DNA of 64,000 nucleotides from Octopus vulgaris. Its lineage: Eukaryota. Where the stretch lies: NCBI GenBank assembly GCA_951406725.2, contig OX597824.1, positions 17,050,001 to 17,114,000 on the forward strand, given 5' to 3'. The notes under the pieces are model-generated. The model was not told where the DNA came from. It did no database searches and saw only the letters and a program-made list of their open reading frames with translations. A program made the translations under genes and the position numbers. This document shows, one piece after another, positions 55,315-64,000 of this stretch; the first letter of the stretch is position 1, and each line of letters begins with the position of its first letter.

Positions 55315-56227
55315 ATTAGTTGACGTACCTGGTAATTCCCGAGAAAGCGGGGCTCATCCTTTGGTTACGTTCTCATAATTGCTTCGCTAATCCAATAACA
55401 ACAATACAATGCATGTAGTTCTTAAAACGGTTTTTGTGTATTTCCGGAGAATACCGAACTGTTTTACACAGGATCTTGTTTTTAGGAATTCTCAATAAGT
55501 TATGAATACCCAAATTGTGAAATATGCTATGTATTAAAATGAAATTAGTTACCTGATAGTAAAATTTCAAATAAAGTAGCCCCGAAAAGGGCTTTAATGC
55601 GTTCCCAGAGTATATAGAACATAGGCGGAAATACTAATAAGTTATGTATACTAAAATCGTGAAGCATTTCACGTAATAACAGGTTAATCAGATATGAGAT
55701 AATAACAATTCAAATGAAATAACTATGAAAAGGGCTTTTGGCTTTCCCAGAGAATATTATCCTCAGCGGCGCTAGTGTTGGTATATTCGTGAATAAGTCA
55801 CTAACCGAAAGAATTGGATCTATTGTTTAGGAAAATACTATTTACTTGTTTAAGGTTGTACTGGATAACTTGCGAAAATAACTCTAACAGTTTAAATACT
55901 GAGAAATAAGCATACTCAATCTCATTTTTACTAAATAATTTAGGAAAACGAATGGGTTATTTCTCTTCGCTATATATAAGGATCTCTTCAAGGGGCAAAT
56001 GGGTTATTTTCCTTGATTTTTAAAATAAAATATATTAGATATATGAGGAACCCTTCCAGGGGCCCTATTATCGATTTTTTGTCAACAGTCTGAGTGTGTC
56101 ATGGGGTTTCCAGACATCAGTTCTACTCATGTACGAAGTCTCATCAAAATCGATAAATCGATGTAGGAGGAGTTAGCCAACAACTCCACAAACACACGCA
56201 CAGACAGAATGTCCCACATATGTAGTA
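55315..56227 (-). mobile_element. Older non-autonomous Helitron-like element
   Basis: Degenerate 3' hairpin/CTAG end (TTAGTTGACGTACCTGGTAATTCCCGAG) and a 5' region AAGTCTCATCAAAATCG...CACAGACAGA similar to the younger Helitron. Confidence 0.55.
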
Positions 56228-56730
56228 CAAAACAACATCCAGCTTATAGTATTGAGAGAAGTTTTAATGAGAATATTTTTATACATAGGGATGGTCATTT
56301 TGCCTTGTATTAATATCCATGTATGCATTCAATAGCGGGGTTTTTCTTCTCTGTATAACTAAGGACAGTCTTCCTTTCGAGTGGCATTGTGTATTACTTT
56401 TGAAACTTCATCGTGTCGCATAAAACAGATATTACCTTGGGCACCTACTAATCATATGCAGAAATATAGCATAATATAGATGTTCATCTATATTATGTTA
56501 CATCTTCGGTCTCCAAAGGCTTTATTGTAATTGTCATTTGTCGGGTATTTCGTAGAAAGCTCCCGTACCTAGTTGGCAAATATATAGCCTTATGAGTATG
56601 ATGTGATGAAGAAGTCACGAGTCCAAGAGAGGCTGTAATATGCATATCGATATTATCGTCTTCTACAAGTCTACGACGCAAAATAGTTATGCTTGTTTGC
56701 ATAGAGTTATTGACTAGCGATATATTGATT
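56228..56730 (-). mobile_element. Upstream part of the same RLE LINE as 54065-54350
   Basis: YLPTRY...HMISRCP...MRHDEVSKVIHN...NILIKTS...KLDVVL: zinc-knuckle remnant, RHD and the PD-site region. Confidence 0.6.
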
Positions 56731-56739
56731 CGTTGATTC

Positions 56740-56927
56740 GTTAGCTCCTGCACACATTTTTTTTCTCTCCTTGTTTCTCTCCGTGTTTCTTTTCTGTGTA
56801 TCTTTCTGTTGAAGAGCGTAGGCTCGAAACGTAAAAGACTTGTTTTATTTCTATTCCTGAGCGCCATACTAATACAATTGTTTGTTTGTACTCCACCTGC
56901 CTTCGTCTTTTGTTTATTTTCATAAAG

Positions 56928-56930
<3 letters not shown>
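56740..56930 (+). mobile_element. Penelope-like pLTR fragment with a minimal hammerhead at 56801-56838
   Basis: TCTTT CTGTTGA A GAGC GTAG GCTC GAAAC GTA AAAGA; the element ends at (TA)n. Confidence 0.7.
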
Positions 56931-56977
<47 letters not shown>

Positions 56978-57078
56978 TTATAAAAAATACGGAGAAAAAA
57001 GACAAGAAACGAACAACAACAACGCGAGAACCTGGTATCTGAAATTATTAAAAGACACTCAGGGAAGGCAAGAAAGGG

Positions 57079-57115
57079 TGTTTTACGTTTCAAGCAAAGC
57101 CCTTCTTCAGAAACA
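57079..57115 (-). ncRNA. Minimal type I hammerhead ribozyme motif with an intact core, inside a Penelope-like fragment (about 56975-57185)
   Basis: TGTTT CTGAAGA A GGGC TTT GCTT GAAAC GTA AAACA: CUGANGA and GAAA boxes, GUA triplet and a 5-bp helix I. Confidence 0.65.
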
Positions 57116-57185
57116 GGAGACAGAGAAATGTCAAAAATGAAAGAAAGACGAAGGGAAAAAATCACCATCATTCCACTTGTAGTGA

Positions 57186-57356
57186 CATACATACATACGT
57201 ATATACATACATACATACATACATACATACATACATACATACATACATACATACATACATACATACATACATACATACATACATACATACATACATACAT
57301 ACATACATACATACATCATATATATATGCATACATACATACATACATACATACATG
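57186..57356. repeat. (CATA)n
   Basis: Seen directly. Confidence 0.96.
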
Positions 57357-57553
57357 GTAGATGTCTACTCCTCATACAGAGTCTGACCATTTCTTGTACT
57401 TACATCTTAGATCCATCATGGCGTCTAATGTGACTTTTTAAACAAGACTTACGTATGTATGCGTGCATGTGTGGGTGACAGAGCGTGCAGTATGTGTGTG
57501 TGTGCGTGCGCGCGTGTATGTGTCTTTGTGTAGGCATGCAAATATATTCATAA

Positions 57554-57927
57554 CTAGCAGTATCGCCCGGCGTTGCTCGGGTTTGTAAGGGAAATAACTA
57601 TAAAGCATTTTTAGAGAGTTATAGCCAAAAAATGGAAAAAAATGATGGTAAATTTTTTTTTAGTTAAAAAGGTCGAGTTGCGTCCCCTAGACAGTCTGTG
57701 GTTTGTGTTTCTGATTCTCGACCCCATGTCGAATTTATCGATTTTTTTCAGAACTGGGGGAACTTTTCAAAATTTTCGCTGCGTTAGTTTTGAATTATGA
57801 CATTGAGCTATGTGTGTGTCAAGTTTCATCAGAATCGGTTGAAAGCCGTGGTCAGGGTGAGGGTACAACCTGACAGACACACAGAAACACACACAGACAA
57901 ACTGCCGTTTATATATAGAGAGATAGA
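57554..57927 (-). mobile_element. Complete non-autonomous Helitron
   Basis: Minus strand reads A|TC...CCCGAGCAACGCCGGG...CTAG|T: 5' TC, 3' hairpin, CTAG end, A/T insertion site and no TSD. Confidence 0.88.
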
Positions 57928-58279
57928 TGGCTCTCACTTTGATCTGTCTTCCAGCGTACGCAACTCTTTATTATATCATTAATAAGGTGGGTTTTCATTC
58001 GCTTCTTTTCATTTCTATCCAGTGAGTCGCGTTTCAAAGTTTTCTTTTTCAAAATCACATTTTTCTTCTTCTTTGAAAGGTTTTTGAAGAAATGAAAAGA
58101 TAACAGCCCACATGCATAGTCATTGCGTTGACATTTATGTTAATAATAATACTGTGACTAATAGTTGTAATACTACCAATCATGACGAAAATTTTAATAA
58201 TAAAAATCATATCATTAATTATAATAATAATGATAATATTCATAACAATATCAAGAGCAGTAAGACCTTCTGCAGCCGC

Positions 58280-58343
58280 TGCTACTACTTTTACTACCAC
58301 CAGCACCAACACTACTACCACACCACAACCTCTGCTGCTGCTG

Positions 58344-58398
<55 letters not shown>

Positions 58399-58633
58399 CA
58401 CGACCACTATTACCACCACCACTATTACCACCACCACCGCCACCATTACATCCACCACCACAACTACAACAGCAACAACAACTACTATTACTACTACTAC
58501 TACTACCACTACCACGACCACTATTACCACCACCACAACTACAACAACAATTACTACTACTATAACCACTACTACTACAACTACTACTATAACTACTACT
58601 ACTACTATAACTACTACTACTACTACTAGTATA

Positions 58634-58702
<69 letters not shown>
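58280..58702. repeat. (CTA/CCA)n then (AAT)n
   Basis: Seen directly. Confidence 0.95.
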
Positions 58703-60212
58703 CTTCATGGATGATTTAAAACTGTTCGCAAAAACAGCTTGAGATGGAGATGCGGGTTGAAACTGTGCAAATGTGCAGCAAGGGTATAGAGGTGGAATTC
58801 GGTATCTCGAAGTATGTGGTGCTTACTTTGAAGCTGGCAGGAAAAGAGTAAATCGTAGAAGTATAGAATTGCCAAACGGAGAGAGAATGGAAGACCCATA
58901 TGATGATGGATACAAGTATCTTGGGATCTTGGAGCTGGACAATATTTTGAAAAAAGAATGAAAAGACATGCTCATCACTGCATATTTCAAGCGCCTCAAA
59001 CTTCTCTTGAAATCAAAGCTCAACTCTAGGAACCTTGTAGATTGTCATCGACTTATGGGTGGTTGCTGTAGTTCCCAATAGTGCAACTCGATCGCACTAC
59101 CCGAAATACAAGAACAATGCATGGTGCCCTCCACCTCAAGGCCAATGTATACAGACTACATAAAGAGAGGTAAAGGTGGACGTGGGCTGATTAGCCTACG
59201 AGTGTGCATCAACAGTGAAAGAAGAAATGTGGCAGAATATTTGGTAATCAGCAAAGAAGACCTGCTACAGTATGCTGCTAGGGCAGAAGGAGTTAACAAA
59301 ATCGATTTGAGAGTGCTAATGAATTCCGATCAAGAACATCCAACGAGAGAGAAGAAACTCTACTCCGTATAGAATTACATGGTCAGTTCCACCATGAAAC
59401 CGGCAAATTAAAAGACCAGGAAGCATCATGCAGGTGGCTGAACAAGGATGACCTAAAAAAGATTACCGAATGCCTACTCATCGCTGCCCAGGACCAGGTA
59501 TTGAATACAAACTCAGTGAAAAAGAATACATACCACAAAAGTGCAACTGACCTCTGCAGAATGTGTGGGAAAAGGGTAGAAAGCGAGACTCACATTGTTA
59601 GTGCTTTTGAATGTCTTGTGCAAAAATAGTTCAAGCGTACACAAGACAAGGTTGCCCAAAACCTCCACTGGCTATTATGCTTTAAGTATGGGTATGAGGT
59701 TACGGGTGCTTGGTAACAACATACACCGGAAAAGGTAATGGACGAAAAGGGGAAGGAAAATATCCTGTGGGACTTTGATTTCCAGACAGACAAGGTGTTA
59801 GAACATCGAAAGCCGGATATAGTAACCTTTAGGAGAGACAAACAACAGTGCCTAATAACTGATGAGGCAGTGCCAGTAGATCAACGTATTATCATGAAAG
59901 AAAGAGAAAAGATTAATAAATATGGAAGCCTGCGAATTGAAATCGCTAAGATGTGGCAGATACGAGAGTCAAACATAGAGGTTATCTCGATTGTTATCGG
60001 AGCATGGGTTTCAATACCATCCAGTCTAGAAAAAGAACATCTGAAAGCCTTAGAAATACCCTAAAATCTAGATGCATAGCAAAAATCGGCATTACGTGGA
60101 ACTGCATATTGGCTGAGGTCCTTGTTGTGACTTGACAAACAGTAAAACATCCACGGTAGACACACTATCTTCAATGAACAACAAAACAATATTGAATAAT
60201 GTACGATGTCTT
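58703..60212 (+). mobile_element. 5'-truncated R4/Dong-like LINE (RT C-half, CCHC, RLE, 3' UTR) embedded in (AAT)n
   Basis: FMDDLKLF, YKYLGILE, GGRGLIS, IAAQDQ, CRMC, WDFDFQTDKVLEHRKPDIV, EKINKY, IVIGA. Several stops and frameshifts. Confidence 0.93.
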
Positions 60213-60640
<428 letters not shown>

Positions 60641-60789
60641 GGAAGTACATGAAAGGCGGTGAATGAAGACCAGTAGGACAAAAACAAACAGAAAAATAAG
60701 AAAATAAAAATTATAAAATTTACAGAATCATATTTCTTGATGATGTGATTCTATGATGTTCCATTTTATATCCTATTATTCTTTTCCTT

Positions 60790-60820
<31 letters not shown>

Positions 60821-61267
60821 TATCTACATCTTCCTACTTCTAAATAAAGTTAATATTTCCATCTGATATTCGGAGAATACGTGTTAAATCTATTTCTATC
60901 CAATTTTTTTTCCTATCTATTTCACTTCATGTGAAAATCTCTAACAAATTTTCTTGCCTCATTGATATCTGCTGCTTCGGTTTACTTTGTTGCTGGTATT
61001 TTTTCTATATCATAATTGTTTTTGTTCTTTACTTGAAAATTATGCATAGAAGTACGAGTATAATATTTTTAACATGCGTTATAAAAACATTAATATGTAC
61101 GTAGCCGGAAAACACAAACATACAGATAGTGTTTGCATATACATTCATATGTACACAAAACCCATATGTCAAATACACACGCATGCACATACAGTAATAT
61201 ATATATATATATATATGTGTATGTGTGTGTGTGTGTGTATGTATCTATGTATGTATATCTATGTGTG

Positions 61268-61305
<38 letters not shown>

Positions 61306-61721
61306 TATGTATATATATAATATGCCTAGATGCATATAAGTCCATATATATACATATATATATATATACATACACACATATATATATATACACTCAGTTA
61401 TACGTATGTATAAGTTTGTATGTATATGTGTATATATATATCGTATATTTACACACACACATATATATGCATATACATCATATATGTAGATACATATACA
61501 TCCATGTAAGTATATATATATTCAGAAGAAAGATATGAATTATGGCCATGCACATATACAAAAATTGAGAGTGAGGCAGAGGGAGACAGGAGAAGGGAAG
61601 TAATTATTAAGTTAGATAAATAGTGGTATATATATATATATATATCTTCACCCACACGCACACCCATATATAACATACATACACACACAAGCATACAGAT
61701 GTATGCATGTATGTATCTATG

Positions 61722-61774
<53 letters not shown>

Positions 61775-62124
61775 GTATTTAGATTGATAGATAGATATGT
61801 AAACATGTGTATCAAACCAATTTACTAGGTTTGCATAAAAATATATAAGTATTACAAAATAGAGCATAAAAACAACCGGCAAGATGTCTATCTGCTGAAC
61901 AGTGGAATAATTTGTTGAATAAAGTGACGAAAGAAAAATTCTTTATAAACAAAAAGGAAAAGACACACAAAAAAATCAGCGAGTAAAATGTTTTCTTCCC
62001 CCACTTGTAATATTATTTTCTTTTCAAAAAAAAAAAAAAATGTTCCTTGTTATCTAAGAACGTGTACCTGACTTTGGATTGATTCTCATCCACGCTGTAA
62101 AATAAGCAAAATTATTCTGCTCAA

Positions 62125-62317
62125 TGTATGTATGTATGTATGTATGTATGTATGTATGTATGTATGTATGTATGTATGTATGTATGTATGTATGTATGTA
62201 TGTGTATGCATGTATGTATGTATGTATGTATGTATGTATGTATGTATGTATGTATGTATGTATGTATGTATGTATGTATGTGTGTATGTATGTATATATT
62301 GATGTATGTATGTATGT
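62125..62317. repeat. (TGTA)n
   Basis: Seen directly. Confidence 0.96.
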
Positions 62318-62489
62318 CATTATTCAGTTTTATTTCTAGATTTCTTGCCAATAAAGTAAGAACCGGTTTCTAACCTAGATCCAAGGGTCCTTCATTGGAA
62401 TTTCAACATCAACAACAGGTTATTTTTGTATGTATGTACGCATGCATGTATGTACCTTTGTAGGCATATCATTGTTGTATGTGTGTATG

Positions 62490-62537
<48 letters not shown>

Positions 62538-62577
62538 AAGCGATGAAGATGCGCTATATGTTGCTATTAGTGCTTGT

Positions 62578-62618
<41 letters not shown>

Positions 62619-62885
62619 GATATTTATATGTTCCTGTCGTGACTAGACGTACTTTCCATAACTCTGGCCACACAGTAGCGAAAGAAACAGATTTCAGCTC
62701 AAGCCAGCAGTTACCTGTCTTATTTTTAGTACCAAATCCCTCGAATACTGTTTTCCTATCATCGGAGTATAAATTTACATAAGTTTATATACCACCTGGA
62801 GAAACAAATATAAACGGGTTTCTAGCCTAGATCCAAGGCTCCTTCTTTGGAATTTCAACATCAACAACTGGGTATATATGTATGT
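62318..62885. repeat. Two copies of an unidentified element end abutting (TATG)n
   Basis: A ~60-bp block GGTTTCTA-CCTAGATCCAAGG-TCCTTC-TTGGAATTTCAACATCAACAAC at about 62361 and 62813. Confidence 0.7.
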
Positions 62886-62919
62886 ATGTATGTAAATACA
62901 CATATGTATATATATATAT

Positions 62920-63330
62920 AGGAGTGGCTGTATGGTAAGTAGCTTGCTAACCAACCACATGGTTCCGGGTTCAGTCCCACAGCGCGGCATCTTGGGCAAG
63001 TGTCTTCTGCTATAGCCCCGGGCCGACCAATGCCTTGTGAGTGCATTTGGTTGACGGAAACTGAGAGAAGCCTGTCGTATATATGTATATATATATGTAC
63101 GTGCGTGTGTGTTTGTGTGTCTGTGTTTGTCCTCCTAGCATTGCTTGACAACCGATGCTGGTGTGTTTACGTCCCCATCACTTAGCGGTTCGGCAAAAAA
63201 AGAGAGGCCGATAGAATAAGTACTGGGCTTACAAAGAATAATTCTCGGGGTCGATTTGCTCAACTAAAGGTGATGCTCCAGCATGGCCGCAGTCAAATTA
63301 CTGAAGCAAGTAAAAGAGAGTAAAAGAGTA
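62920..63330 (+). mobile_element. SINE family A, near full length
   Basis: Colinear with the other copies. Confidence 0.92.
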
Positions 63331-63374
63331 ATATATATATACATATATAATATATATATATATACACATAATCA

Positions 63375-63606
63375 AGGCGGCGAGCTGGTAGAAACGTTAG
63401 CACGCCGGCCGAGATTCGTAGCCGTATTTCGTCTGTCGTTACGTTCCGAGTTCAAATTCCGCCGAGGTCGACTTTGCCTTTCATCCTTTCGGGGTCGATA
63501 AATTAAGTACCAGTTACGCACTGGGGTCGATGTAGTCGACTTAATCCCTTTGTCTGTCCTTGTTTGTCCCCTCTGTGTTTAGCCCCTTGTGGGTAGTAAA
63601 GAAATA
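63375..63606 (+). mobile_element. SINE family C monomer, tail type 1
   Basis: GGCGGCGAGCTGG...GAGTTCAAATTCC (B box)...GTAGTAAAGAAATA. Confidence 0.93.
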
Positions 63607-64000
63607 TATATATACATATTTAGAAAGACAGAATGCTCCTGTTTGGACGAGCTGGTGTCATCCGCAGCCGGGGTATATTTCTGTTGCATCTACTTCAGGA
63701 ACCCTGCAGTGTTAGGTGATATAACAATAATAATTTCTTGTTATTAAGACGACAATAATAATAAACAGAAGATGGATCTGGTATTAATCTTTACTTTGTA
63801 CAATGGTCATTTCCACCCATCCTGCTATTGTCCCTTATGTGTGGGCCACCGTTCAAAATATGTTGCATCCAATTTGCAGTCTGGGTCTTATCAGGTGTAA
63901 CCATACATAAAGTCGCGTCACGCTAAACATCCTGAGTTTAGGCTGTCGTGTTGTTATATGTCCGCTGGTTAGGCAATGAAAGATTGCTACAATTTTCAAT

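Noticed and set aside
61878-61900. GGCAAGATGT...GCTGA resembling miR-31
   Set aside because: The central bases differ and there is no complementary arm to form a precursor hairpin.

Overview
AT-rich, microsatellite-saturated animal genomic DNA, most likely from an octopus (inferred from the SINE families and the density of (TA)n, (TACA)n, (AAT)n, (GAT)n and (GAA)n arrays). I find no intact protein-coding gene, rRNA, genuine tRNA or CRISPR array. Nearly all listed ORFs are read-throughs of simple repeats or SINEs, so the window is intronic or intergenic. It contains three abundant tRNA-derived SINE families (called A, B and C here). It also contains decayed Gypsy, RTE, R4/Dong-like and other RLE-type LINE fragments, mariner remnants, non-autonomous Helitrons, and (TA)n-embedded Penelope-like pieces with minimal hammerhead-ribozyme motifs. 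The most notable signals are: (1) family-C SINE multimers that rejoin at a fixed point in the anticodon-like loop complementary to the SINE 3' tail, hinting at a circular-RNA or template-switch intermediate; (2) hammerhead motifs with compensatory helix-I changes and a 232-bp fold-back copy; (3) one SINE head/body carrying four different 3' tails; (4) a 13-bp match to the CTCF core plus CTCF-like motifs carried by SINE B; (5) apparent partitioning of mobile elements among microsatellite motifs. All family names come from motif recognition by eye, not database searches, and many boundaries are approximate.
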